From assembly GCA_964016885.1 (NCBI GenBank), contig CAXHJY010000832.1:1-47674 (forward strand): a stretch of DNA of 47,674 nucleotides, read 5' to 3'. This document shows positions 27,207-40,558 of the stretch, piece by piece. The notes under the pieces are model-generated. The model was not told where the DNA came from, ran no database searches, and was given only the letters and a program-made list of their open reading frames with translations. The DNA comes from Eledone cirrhosa (Eukaryota). Numbering within the stretch: the stretch's first letter is position 1; each line of letters starts with the position of its first letter. A program made the translations under genes and the position numbers.

Positions 27207-27606
27207 GGATATGCGACGGCTGGAGAGAAACGAGGCAAGCATGCTCCGCTGGATGTGCAGTGTAAATGTGTGTGAACGACCCAGCATAAATGTGTTGAGA
27301 GAGAAACTGTGTCTGAGAGGGATAGAATGTAGTGTACGGGAGAGGAGACTGAGGTGGTATGAACATGTGATGCGCATGGAGGATGACCGATGGGTGAAGA
27401 AGTGCCAGGAAATGCCAGTTGAAGGAAGACGTGGTAGAGGTAGACCACGAAAGACATGGGCGGAGGTGGTGAGAACAGACCTCAGATCATTGAAGCTCAC
27501 GGTGGAGATGACGAGGGACCGTGGCGAGTGGAGAGATGCTGTGCTGAATAAGACCCATCCCACCCTTGCAAGCAGGGAAAAGCGGACGTAAAATGATGAT
27601 GATGAT
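27207..27606 (+). mobile_element. Short 3' end of a second RTE subfamily
   Basis: DMRRLERNEASMLRWMC...RLRWY.HV...RGRGRPRKTW; the ORF runs almost to the (GAT)n tail. Confidence 0.9.
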
Positions 27607-27614
27607 AAATATAT

Positions 27615-27663
<49 letters not shown>

Positions 27664-27763
27664 AATTATATATATATATATAAATTATATATATATATAT
27701 AAATTATATATATATATATAAATTATATATATATAAATTATATATATATATATATAAATATAT

Positions 27764-27842
<79 letters not shown>

Positions 27843-27870
27843 TATATATATAAATATATATATATTTATA

Positions 27871-30546
27871 GTAAGACAGACTGAGTCAAGGTGTTCTCTG
27901 AATTTTAGGCTGGTTCCCATGTGGATGCCTAAATCTTTCACACACTGTTTTTCCATTATTTGTTGTCCTGATGGATTTCTGTAGTTTGTTGTATTTTTCA
28001 GATCTTGATCTGTTCCGTAGCGAATTAGTTCAAACTTCTTATCATTGAACAACATGTTTGTTTCCTGCCATTTGTATATGGTGGTCAGGTCCTTTTGTAA
28101 GGCCTCTGTATCCACCTCGTCTTTGATTTGTCTCATGACCCTGGTGTCATCAGCAAAGGATGAGACGTTGCTGGTTGTATCTTCATCTATGTCAGAGATG
28201 AGGATGAGAAACAGGATCGAGCCGAGTACTGTACCCTGAGGAACACTGCTGGTCACAGGTGATGGTGTTGAATGGGTTCCATTCACAGTGACTGTTTGAG
28301 TTCTATATGTAAGGAACTCATGTATCCATGTACCAACTTTTCCTCCTACTCCTAGCTTTCGAAGTTTGTGTCCCAGGATGCCATGATCTACCTTGTCAAA
28401 TGCCTTGGCAAAGTCGAGGTAAATAACATCTGTGTTGTATCCATTCTCTAGATTTTCTAGGATTTGGTCATGGTGTGCCAGTAGTTGGGAAAGACATGAT
28501 CTACCTAACCTGAATCCATGCTGGTTGCAATTCATCAGATTGTTGGATTCCAGGAACTCAACCAGTTTTCCACGAACTATTCTTTCGAAGACCTTGATAA
28601 TGTGTGATGTCAGTGAGATTGGTCGGTAGTTCTTTGGTTTTGATTTGCTGTCCCCTTTATGTATTGGAGTTATGTGTGCTTCTTTATATGTATTTGGTAT
28701 TTTGCCATTCTCCATAGATTCCTTCCATATCATGTAAAGGGGTTTCAACAATTGTACCTTGCAGTTTTTAAGTATCATGGCATTGAAACCATCAGGCCCC
28801 GCAGCCGAGTGCATGGAGAGCTTGTCTATGGCTCTTTCTATGTCTTCTGGGTTGAAATCAATGTCGGATAGGGTAGGTTTAGTATGGTCGATATCCTTGA
28901 AGAATTCTCCTGGGTCATGGATCTTCATGGTTTTAGATGGCTCACTGAAGACACTTTCATACTGTTGACCCAACATTTCTGCCATTTCAATAGGGTTATT
29001 CACTACATCCCCATTTTGTCTCTGGAGAGGTCCTATTGTTGACTTGGTATTCGAGTATTTCTTTGCAAAACTGTAGAAACATTTTGGATTTTTCTTGATG
29101 TTTTCTATGGCTCTCTTTTCTGCATTGTTACGTTCTTCATCATAGTGTTGTTTTAGATTGTCTTCTAATCTGTATATTTGGTCAAGGACTTTCTGTAGTT
29201 CATGTTTTGATGTCAGCTTAGATGTTTTGTTTCTTAGTCTTGACCTTTTGCGCATCAGGATCTTTCGCTCCCGTGGTACAAGTTTTTTTGTGGATTTGGT
29301 TTTCTTAAGAGGAATATTTTTTGCACATATTTCTTCGATCTTGTTTAAGAATTTCTTGTGTTTATCTGGCCCAGTAAGGTAGAGATCCCAGTCAATGATT
29401 TGTAACTGGTTGTTAATAGTTTCCCAATTTGCCTGGTGATAATCATACCTGCATAGCTTTGGCATGTCCTTTTGTTTAAGAGTTGTGGCATTGGGCTCAT
29501 TACCAATGTGTAAATGCATTTCAATAATATTGTGGTCTGAAAGGATTGTTGGGGTTGAGTGAAGGTCAAATAGCGTGTCCTCGTTGTTGGTGAAAACCAA
29601 GTCGATCGTATTATTATTTCTAGTTGCTTCTGTCATCATTTGTTTGAGGTATAATTTCTCTGTGACTTCCAACAGTTTGGCTGCCTGTATTTGTTCAGCT
29701 TTTGTCCCCAGTTTTAGTATGTGTCCATGTGGCCAGATGATGTTAGGGAAGTTGAAGTCACCAAGGAGGATAATGTCTGGCATTGGACTCGCCATGTTTC
29801 CCAGAATTTGTTAAAGCTTTGTCAGTGGCTCAGTGAAGGATAATGTTGGGCTGTTTGGCGGTCTGTACATTATTGTTACAACTGTATTAAGTTGGATGAT
29901 TTTTATGCACAGCAGGTTGCAGTAGGCATTTGATTCATTGACAAGTTCTATGCATGCATAGGTATCATGAATATACATGATAACACCCCCATGGGATCTG
30001 CCTTGTCTATCACATCTGAAGATGTTGAATCCATTGATTGAGATTTCGCTGTTGCGGATGTTTTCGTTGAGATGACTTTCAGTAATTCCAATTATTTTGG
30101 AGTTGTTTTCTGTTAGTAATTCTTCCAAGAAAGGGACTTTACACTGTTTTGTTTTCGGATAAAGACCCTGGATATTTGCTGTTATTATGCTTGTTGTACC
30201 GGATACATCTGCCCTATTGTTGGCAAGACTGTTGTAGTTGCTGGGACTGTGCTGACTGGATATTCGGTCTGCTGGGCTGTCTGTATTTGTTGTATGTGCC
30301 CTGTAAGTCCAGGTGTCAGCCTTTGTATCAATGTTGCCTGGTTTTGCTGAGTCATCTGTATGGAGTACAGCTGTTGTTGTAGTTGGTAGATTACGCCTAA
30401 AAAACTGCTTTCATTCATTACTGTATCGAATTTCTGCGAGTTTGGGTTTGTTACAGCTGATGTGTGCAATTGAGTAGCATGATTTTCATTCACTGTTGAG
30501 CCATGACCTGGTTTCTCCATTTTTGGGAAATGGTTTTCATACCCTA
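27871..30546 (-). mobile_element. CR1/L2-group LINE fragment (ORF1 end, APE, RT), truncated at both ends
   Basis: ANIQGL, GITESHL, YRPP, GDFN, SDH, NYRPISL, YLDFAKAFDKV, VPQG, FADD; one in-frame TAA at 29811-29813. Confidence 0.92.
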
Positions 30547-30619
30547 ATTTATATATATATATATAATTTATATATATATAAATTTATATTTATATATATA
30601 TATAATTTATATATATATA

Positions 30620-30680
<61 letters not shown>

Positions 30681-30826
30681 ATATATATTTATATATATAT
30701 ATATATAATTTATATATATATATATTTATATATATATATATATAATTTATATATATATATATTTATATATATATATATATATATAATTTATATATATATA
30801 TATTTATATATATATATATATATATA

Positions 30827-30892
<66 letters not shown>

Positions 30893-30916
30893 ATATATAT
30901 ATATAATTTATATATA

Positions 30917-30973
<57 letters not shown>

Positions 30974-31340
30974 TTATATATATATATAATTTATATATTT
31001 ATATATATATATATATATATATAATTTATATATATATTTATATATATATTTATATATATATATAATTTATATATTTATATATATATTTATATATATATAT
31101 AATTTATATATTTATATATATATTTATATATATATATATATATATATAATTTATATATATATATATATATATAATTTATATATATATTTATATATATATA
31201 TATAAATATATAATTTATATATATATGTATATATATATATATATAATTTATATATATATATAATTTATATATATATATAATTTATATATATATATATAAT
31301 TTATATATATATATATAATTTATATATATATATAATTTAT

Positions 31341-32228
31341 AAGTACTGTAGCTAGAGTCAGAACTGGTTGGAAAAAGTTCAGAGAGCTTATACCACTATT
31401 AGCTGCTAAAGGGTTCTCCCTAAAAATGAAAGGCAGGTTGTACGATGCCTGCATACGAACAGCAATGTTGCATGGTAGTGAGACCTGGGCATTGTGTGCA
31501 GAGGATATACGCAGACTAGAGAGGAACGAAGCTTGCATGCTCCGCTGGATGTGTAACAGAAATATACGTGAACGGCAAAGCATAAACGAACTAAGGAAAA
31601 AATTAGAGATAAGAGGGATCAGATGTTGTTTACTCGAGAGAAGGCTGCGTTGGTATGGACACGTGATGCGCATGAAAGTCGATAGCTGTATAACAAAGTG
31701 CAGGGCAATAAAGATAGACGGTAGCCACGGAATAGGCAGACGTAGAAAAACATGGGATGAGCTGATAAACTCCGACCTCACACACTTACACCTCTCCAAG
31801 ACAATGTCACTGGACCGAGACCTTTGGCGGTACTCAGTAACAGAGAAGACCCGCCTTGCCAGTAGGCATCTCTAACAAAATACACCCCGTCCCGCCACCA
31901 CCCCCACCCCATCCACACCACCCCGTTCTATGTAAAGTTATGTTGGTGCCGCGCCATCCAGGCCGAAACAAATGAGATCGTGTAGGTGTCACGACAAAAA
32001 AACACACAGTCCACGCTGTAATGTGGCCGTGTAGGCAACACGGTAAAAACCTCCCAGACCCACACTGTAAATGTGGTTGGTGTTAGGAAGGGCATCCAAC
32101 TGTAGAAAACCTGCCAGACAGTCCTATGCGAGCAAGACAATCACTCTTGCCTCAAGTGGGACTACCCCCGTCCAAACCCATGCAAGCGTGGAACACGGAC
32201 GTTAAACGTTGATGATGATGATGATGAT
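31341..32228 (+). mobile_element. RTE 3' end with UTR
   Basis: ORF 31426-31875, UTR and (GAT)n tail. Confidence 0.9.
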
Positions 32229-32231
32229 ATA

Positions 32232-32268
<37 letters not shown>

Positions 32269-32353
32269 ATATATATATATAATTTATATATATATATATA
32301 TATAATTTATATATATATAATTTATATATATATATATATGTATATATATAATT

Positions 32354-32385
<32 letters not shown>

Positions 32386-32532
32386 ATTTATATATATATT
32401 TATATATTTATATATATATTACTCTTTTACCTGTTTCAGCCATCCGGCTGAGGCCATGCTGGGGCACCGATATATATAATTTATAATAAAGTTAAATAAA
32501 AGTCAAATGATTAAAATTTAGCTTCGTTTATT

Positions 32533-32587
32533 ACTGCTATATATATTTCAGTGACAGCCATCTTTGGCTGTGACCTCTTCAGGCAGT
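32533..32587 (-). ncRNA. Minimal type I hammerhead ribozyme
   Basis: Mirror copy of 38625-38679. Confidence 0.78.
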
Positions 32588-32840
32588 TTGAAGTAGTATG
32601 GTATAGACAAGTACATATGTTGTTTAGGTGTATAATATTGTCAATACTCTGATATGCCCAGTTCCTTGTTGGGTTGTTAATTCACTGAGGAACTGGAGTC
32701 ATATGTGCTCCAGCCTGCATACTGAGGTGTTGGTATACAACCAACATAAACTCAAAATCTATATAATTTATATAGTTTTAATATAGATGAGATTCTACAG
32801 GACTAGAACTGTTTCATTCATTAGAAAATATATATATATT

Positions 32841-32880
<40 letters not shown>

Positions 32881-32897
32881 TATATATTATATATATT

Positions 32898-32928
<31 letters not shown>

Positions 32929-33051
32929 GAAAAAGTTTGTCCTTCATCAGTGATCTTCCAACCATCATAGGCATTTCATCGCTTTAAATATATATATATA
33001 TTGCTTTTATATATATATATATTTATATATATATATATATATTTATATATT

Positions 33052-33115
<64 letters not shown>

Positions 33116-33241
33116 AAGTTTTATTTAAATTGTTGGGTTACAACGAGTAAATATTTATAACTGATATAAAAGCACTCAACAAGTATTTGGAGTATATTTA
33201 CGATATTAAATAAATGGAGACTATATTTATAAAACCATATT

Positions 33242-33307
33242 TATTTCATTATATATATTTCAGGGATATCATATTAAAAATATGGTATGCCTTCTTCAGA
33301 CAAAATA
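33242..33307 (-). ncRNA. Hammerhead ribozyme in the 3' pLTR
   Basis: tattttgt-CUGAAGA-aggcataccatatt/ttt/aatatgatatccct-GAAA-tatata-UA-atgaaata. Confidence 0.8.
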
Positions 33308-33871
33308 CAATATAAACAGTCTTATAAATAGATAGATTTGACATACCTTTCAACTTCAACTTCCATTTAAAAAGTTGATTTGGTAGTGAAAAATGTTAGG
33401 GACAGTTATAAAAAGAAAGAAAGAAACAAGCGAAGAAAAAGAAGAAATGCATGCAACTAAATAGAGAGAGATAGATATAGAGAGATATATAGAGAGAAGA
33501 AATTCATGTAAAGAAACAGAGAGAAATATATATAGAGAGAGATAGATATAGATAGAGATAGAGAGAAAGAAAATAGGTAGTTGGGCACCAGTTGAATGAC
33601 GTATCAATGATATATTTATTTATTTATTTAGTTCTAGTATTAAGGTAGAGAGAGATATATGTGGTTAGGAGAGAAAACAGCCGTTACATAGAGAGAAAAG
33701 AAAATATCCAGACATAAACGAGGCAGATTTAAAACATTATGTTTCATCAATGTAAAAATATCAATTCGTATGAATTAGGTATTATAATGTAAATATCAGT
33801 ATTCATGAATGAGACACGTATCAATAATGTGTGAAAAATAATGATCATATGCCTAGTTCAAAATTCAGAGT

Positions 33872-33950
33872 TGAGATAAAACTGAGATAAAAAACTGAGA
33901 TAAAAAAACTGAGATAAAAAAACTGAGATAAAAAAACTGAGATAAAAAAA
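33872..33950 (+). repeat. (ACTGAGATAAAAA)n short tandem array in the PLE 3'UTR
   Basis: About 6 units with a variable A run; contains the inversion breakpoint. Confidence 0.9.
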
Positions 33951-34635
33951 CTTCAAAAAAAATTGAAATACATAAGTATATATGTACTTTCATGAAAAAA
34001 GAAAAAGAAAAAGAAAATAGAAGGTTATCCCAGATTCAATACTATAGACTTCCATGTGAATTTACGTGATCAACTCTGCAAATTCCTATTTCACATGAAA
34101 ACATTCTCATTGTGCTATAAAAATTCTAGTATACATATATGTGTACATACACACAAATATATATAGAATCTACATTAATTTTAACAATACTATTCTTGTC
34201 TTTACTCTACATGATTATCGTTCAAGCATAAATAAAGAACAGATATCAATATATCAATAAAAATATCAAAAAATTAAAAATATTAAAAATAAAACACAGT
34301 ATGCCCCGCAAATCAACCACAGAGATCAACCCTTCAAAGTTAATTGACAATATATTGCCAAGTTCGTTATAAGCATCAGAATCAAAAGCAAACAAAACCA
34401 AAATTATTTACCAAATCCTGTCTAGCAGAAATCATTCCAAAAGTTTAGGATACCCATTTGATCTACAGATGGTCTTATATTTAATATAGAAGTTTATCTA
34501 GTGTAAAATTTATTCGATATATTTGGAGCATCAGCTTTTAGGGTAGTTTAATTATTCATGAAGAATGTTTAAAAAAAGAAATCGAAAGATTTTTCAGGCG
34601 AGTTTCATAAATAATTATAAATCAAAGTAAATATA

Positions 34636-36863
34636 CTACATTTTAAATTTATATTTATATTTAAAAGTTGAGTTCAATCTATGTCTGCAGCAACTGAATA
34701 AATTTGTCCGTAAATTAATTGAATTTTTAGATTTTAGTATAAAGAATATCTCCTCCGCGCAGAGGTCACATGTCTCAGAGGATGAATTAAAAGGAATCCC
34801 TCTTGAGACTATATTCCAAGCCGTCGAATATCCAACGTTATCATGCTTAAGTTGCCAGAGTAAACCTGATAGTGATGTTGAAGATTTTTTGCTTGGATCT
34901 GTGAAAGAATTCTTGTGGTTATTATAGCGAAGTTTAAATTCTGTCGAGGTGGAACCAACATAGTTAAAAGAATTTAAGTCCGTTTTAACATTACAGTTGT
35001 ATATTATATTTTTAACTAAGCAATTGTTATTTAACGGACATTTAGATCTATCTCTACAGTTACATTTGTTTACTTGGATATTATTTATGCTATTATCGGT
35101 ATATTGGCTAGGTTTTAAATTCCTATTATTTATTCTATTAATATTTTGTGCTAAATTTTTGGTGGATGAGTAAGTTAATTTTATAGTATGTCTATTGAAA
35201 ATTGAGTGATACCTATGTGTTCTAGGGAAGCGATTATCAAGAGCATTAAAAAATAGTTTAGCGATGTGGGTTTTAATGTTTAGTGAGAAAGGGGGGGGGG
35301 GCAAACCATATTATATTCCTAGTTCTATTTCTTTTTTGGCTTTTGGAATTATTGTAATGCTTTCTATTATAGTTGTTAAAGTTGTTGCCGTAATTAAAAT
35401 TGTTGTTATTTTGGTTAGTTTGTCTATTATTATCTATGTACATAATTTTATCACTATATCCTGCTCTAGCTAACGCTTCATTGTAATACTGGGCTTTTTC
35501 GTCGAAAATCTTTTTATTAGATGAGATTCTAGAGATACGTTTTTGAACAGAGTTTACTATAGTATTTTTAACAGATCTGGGGTGGTTAGAGTTAAAACTG
35601 ACATAGTTTAAGTTTTCATTCAACTTGTGAAATGGATAGTGAAGACATGTGTTGAGATTTAATGTTACATCTAGGAAATTGACTATTCTATGGTTATTCT
35701 CAATTTCTATTTTTAGATTAAAGTAATTAAAAAATTGTGTAATTTGTTTTCTTTTTCTATTTAGTTCAGAGTTATTATTTTCAATAAGTAAAAGCATGTC
35801 ATCTCTATATAAACCTCCGGTAGCACCGGGTATTTTCCTATGCAGCGAATTGATTATAAATAGGCCCACAAGGTCAGTTACCTGAGCTGAGTCGGATGAT
35901 CCCATAGTAATGTCGAAATTGTTATCTCTATCTGCTCTGGTCCATAGTTGGTCATTAAATTCTATCAATGTTTTCCTAGCCGATAATATAATGTGCATTT
36001 CATTGCTAGTTAGGTCTGTATGTTTGAATGCGTAATTTAGTGCCTTATTTAATAGATTAGGGGTAATAGATGAATAATAGTTAGCAATATCTAGTTGAAT
36101 AAATTTATTATTATTGTTATATTTAATTTCTTTAAACCACTCAATAACCTCTCCAGTTCCCTTCCACAAGCTCAAGTTAGGTAAACAATCCAAGTTCTTA
36201 ATTTGCTGTATCACCCTGTCTAGAATGTTTTTGCTTAGTTTACCCAGGTCAGATTTTGATGGTGCAATCAATCTGACTGGCAGGTCATTTTCAAAATTTC
36301 TTTTGTGATCTTTCATATTGATCTTCGGTTTCCTGGGCACGAAAGGTTGTGTTCTGTTCTCAATTTCCAACTCATGCATTATACAAGATGCTTCAACATT
36401 CATTTACTCAAGCTCGGCCTTATCTGCTACCTTGTACTTTTTCCTCAGTTCTTTCAGTATGAGGCCATTATACATGTCTTTTTGCACTCCATAGAGGTTG
36501 TTGGTCTTGTCAGATTTCACCAAGATCTTCTCAGTTTTCTCTAAGCTCTCAATATTATCCTTAATGCCTTTCAGATATTCCTGGCCTTTGAAGTTTCTCT
36601 TGAATTTGACTCCTTGTATGATAGAAATTATATCGTTTTCAAAGTCAAATAAAAGTTTGTTGGGGGGGTGGATTTTTTTTAGATTTGAAAACTTTGTCTA
36701 AGTCCGAGACATTTTCATTTATATTAGATTTATCAAAGTGGAATGCCCGCCACCTGATTCTCCTTATAAAAGAGTCCGATTTATCTATTAATTGTTTAAT
36801 AAAGTCTTTGTTTCTAGGTAGAGGTATGTCTTTTAAAGAGGAAGAAATCTTAAAGAATTCCAT
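34636..36863 (-). pseudogene. PLE polyprotein (RT + Cys linker + GIY-YIG endonuclease), about 741 codons when repaired
   Basis: SLKDIP..RRIRWRA, KSDKTNNLY, LDIANYY, MGS, YRDD, NFLDVTL, CNC..CPL...C, NIIY..YVGST, RYNNH, CDLC. Two +1 shifts in homopolymer runs (about 36665 and 35295) and one TAA at 36404-36406. Confidence 0.9.
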
Positions 36864-37041
36864 TTTTTCAGTTATAATATAAAGCGCTCAACAGTATTGG
36901 AGCAAGATATATGCAAAGTTTTATTTAAATTGTTGGGTTACAACGAGTAAATATTTATAACTGATATAAAAGCACTCAACAAGTATTTGGAGTATATTTA
37001 CGATATTAAATAAATGGAAACTATATTTATAAAACCATATT

Positions 37042-37107
37042 TATTTCATTATATATATTTCAGGGATATCATATTAAAAATATGGTATGCCTTCTTCAGA
37101 CAAAATA
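37042..37107 (-). ncRNA. Hammerhead ribozyme in the 5' pLTR
   Basis: Identical to 33242-33307. Confidence 0.8.
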
Positions 37108-37941
37108 CAATATAAACAGTCTTATAAATAGATAGATTTGACATACCTTTCAACTTCAACTTCCATTTAAAAAGTTGATTTGGTAGTGAAAAATGTTAGG
37201 GACAGTTATAAAAAGAAAGAAAGAAAAAAGCGAAGAAAAAGAAGAAATGCATGCAACTAAATAGAGAGAGATAGATATAGAGAGATATATAGAGAGAAGA
37301 AATTTTTTATCTCAGTTTTATCTCAACTCTGAATTTTGAACTAGGCATATGATCATTATTTTTCACACATTATTGATACGTGTCTCATTCATGAATACTG
37401 ATATTTACATTATAATACCTAATTCATACGAATTGATATTTTTACATTGATGAAACATAATGTTTTAAATCTGCCTCGTTTATGTCTGGATATTTTCTTT
37501 TCTCTCTATGTAACGGCTGTTTTCTCTCCTAACCACATATATCTCTCTCTACCTTAATACTAGAACTAAATAAATAAATAAATATATCATTGATACGTCA
37601 TTCAACTGGTGCCCAACTACCTATTTTCTTTCTCTCTATCTCTATCTATATCTATCTCTCTCTATTTTTTCTCTCTCTCTCTCTTCTCTCTCTCTCTCTA
37701 TCTATCTCCCTCTCTCTATATATTTCTCTCTGTTTCTTTACATGAATTTCTTCTCTCTATATATCTCTCTATATCTATCTCTCTCTATTTAGTTGCATGC
37801 ATTTCTTCTTTTTCTTCGCTTTTTTCTTTCTTTCTTTTTATAACTGTCCCTAACATTTTTCACTACCAAATCAACTTTTTAAATGGAAGTTGAAGTTGAA
37901 AGGTATGTCAAATCTATCTATTTATAAGACTGTTTATATTG

Positions 37942-38007
37942 TATTTTGTCTGAAGAAGGCATACCATATTTTTAATATGATATCCCTGAAATATATATAA
38001 TGAAATA
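37942..38007 (+). ncRNA. Hammerhead ribozyme in the inverted pLTR
   Basis: CTGAAGA at 37950, GAAA at 37988; stems as for 33242-33307. Confidence 0.8.
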
Positions 38008-38130
38008 AATATGGTTTTATAAATATAGTCTCCATTTATTTAATATCGTAAATATACTCCAAATATTTGTTGAGTGCTTTTATATCAGTTATAAATATTT
38101 ACTCGTAACCCAACAATTTAAATAAAACTT

Positions 38131-38228
<98 letters not shown>

Positions 38229-38351
38229 AATATATAAATATATATATATATATATAAATATATATATATATAAAAGCAATATATATATATATTTAAAGCG
38301 ATGAAATGCCTATGATGGTTGGAAGATCACTGATGAAGGACAAACTTTTTC

Positions 38352-38382
<31 letters not shown>

Positions 38383-38399
38383 AATATATATAATATATA

Positions 38400-38431
<32 letters not shown>

Positions 38432-38624
38432 AATATATATATAAATTATATAGATTTTGAGTTTATGTTGGTTGTATACCAACACCTCAGTATGCAGGCT
38501 GGAGCACATATGACTCCAGTTCCTCAGTGAATTAACAACCCAACAAGGAACTGGGCATATCAGAGTATTGACAATATTATACACCTAAACAACATATGTA
38601 CTTGTCTATACCATACTACTTCAA

Positions 38625-38679
38625 ACTGCCTGAAGAGGTCACAGCCAAAGATGGCTGTCACTGAAATATATATAGCAGT
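38625..38679 (+). ncRNA. Minimal type I hammerhead ribozyme
   Basis: actgc-CUGAAGA-ggtcacagcca/aaga/tggctgtcact-GAAA-tatata-UA-gcagt; perfect stem I. Confidence 0.8.
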
Positions 38680-38826
38680 AATAAACGAAGCTAAATTTTA
38701 ATCATTTGACTTTTATTTAACTTTATTATAAATTATATATATCGGTGCCCCAGCATGGCCTCAGCCGGATGGCTGAAACAGGTAAAAGAGTAATATATAT
38801 ATAAATATATAAATATATATATAAAT

Positions 38827-38873
<47 letters not shown>

Positions 38874-38970
38874 TATATATATACATATATATATATATAT
38901 AAATTATATATATATAAATTATATATATATAAATTATATATATATATATATATAAATTATATATATATAT

Positions 38971-39009
<39 letters not shown>

Positions 39010-39012
39010 TAT

Positions 39013-39900
39013 ATCATCATCATCATCATCAACGTTTAACGTCCGTGTTCCACGCTTGCATGGGTTTGGACGGGGGTAGTCCCACTTGAGGCAAGAGTGA
39101 TTGTCTTGCTCGCATAGGACTGTCTGGCAGGTTTTCTACAGTTGGATGCCCTTCCTAACACCAACCACATTTACAGTGTGGGTCTGGGAGGTTTTTACCG
39201 TGTTGCCTACACGGCCACATTACAGCGTGGACTGTGTGTTTTTTTGTCGTGACACCTACACGATCTCATTTGTTTCGGCCTGGATGGCGCGGCACCAACA
39301 TAACTTTACATAGAACGGGGTGGTGTGGATGGGGTGGGGGTGGTGGCGGGACGGGGTGTATTTTGTTAGAGATGCCTACTGGCAAGGCGGGTCTTCTCTG
39401 TTACTGAGTACCGCCAAAGGTCTCGGTCCAGTGACATTGTCTTGGAGAGGTGTAAGTGTGTGAGGTCGGAGTTTATCAGCTCATCCCATGTTTTTCTACG
39501 TCTGCCTATTCCGTGGCTACCGTCTATCTTTATTGCCCTGCACTTTGTTATACAGCTATCGACTTTCATGCGCATCACGTGTCCATACCAACGCAGCCTT
39601 CTCTCGAGTAAACAACATCTGATCCCTCTTATCTCTAATTTTTTCCTTAGTTCGTTTATGCTTTGCCGTTCACGTATATTTCTGTTACACATCCAGCGGA
39701 GCATGCAAGCTTCGTTCCTCTCTAGTCTGCGTATATCCTCTGCACACAATGCCCAGGTCTCACTACCATGCAACATTGCTGTTCGTATGCAGGCATCGTA
39801 CAACCTGCCTTTCATTTTTAGGGAGAACCCTTTAGCAGCTAATAGTGGTATAAGCTCTCTGAACTTTTTCCAACCAGTTCTGACTCTAGCTACAGTACTT
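39013..39900 (-). mobile_element. RTE 3' end (mirror of 31341-32228)
   Basis: ORF 39366-39815 has the same translation as 31426-31875. Confidence 0.9.
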
Positions 39901-40238
39901 ATAAATTATATATATATATAAATTATATATATATATATAAATTATATATATATATATAAATTATATATATATATAAATTATATATATATATAAATTATAT
40001 ATATATATATACATATATATATAAATTATATATTTATATATATATATATAAATATATATATAAATTATATATATATAAATATATATATAAATTATATATA
40101 TATATATATATATAAATTATATATATATAAATATATATATATAAATATATATATAAATATATAAATTATATATATATATAAATATATATATAAATATATA
40201 AATTATATATATATATAAATATATATATAAATATATAT

Positions 40239-40282
<44 letters not shown>

Positions 40283-40335
40283 TATATATAAATTATATAT
40301 ATATATATAAATTATATATATATATAAATATATAT

Positions 40336-40372
<37 letters not shown>

Positions 40373-40442
40373 TATATATATATATATATATATATAAATA
40401 TATATATATATAAATTATATATATATATATATAAATATATAT

Positions 40443-40489
<47 letters not shown>

Positions 40490-40558
40490 TATATATATAT
40501 AAATTATATATATATATAAATATAAATTTATATATATATAAATTATATATATATAAAT

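Larger units (their letters stand above)
27211..33894. repeat. Left arm of a 16.7 kb inverted duplication
   Basis: Mirror-image ORFs with 37303-43894 (685, 105, 111 and 149 aa pairs differing by 0-1 residues). Confidence 0.95.
33111..38134 (-). mobile_element. Near-complete Penelope-like retroelement (Naiad-like) with 3' pLTR, partial direct 5' pLTR and inverted pLTR
   Basis: Direct repeat 33111-33504 = 36911-37304 (offset 3800); inverted copy 37303-38134 of 33894-33111; RT and GIY-YIG ORF between; one hammerhead per pLTR; both ends in (TA)n. Confidence 0.92.

Noticed and set aside
34636-36863. Selenocysteine-encoding PLE, as reported for some Naiad elements
   Set aside because: All conserved Cys positions are TGT/TGC and the only in-frame stop is TAA, not TGA.
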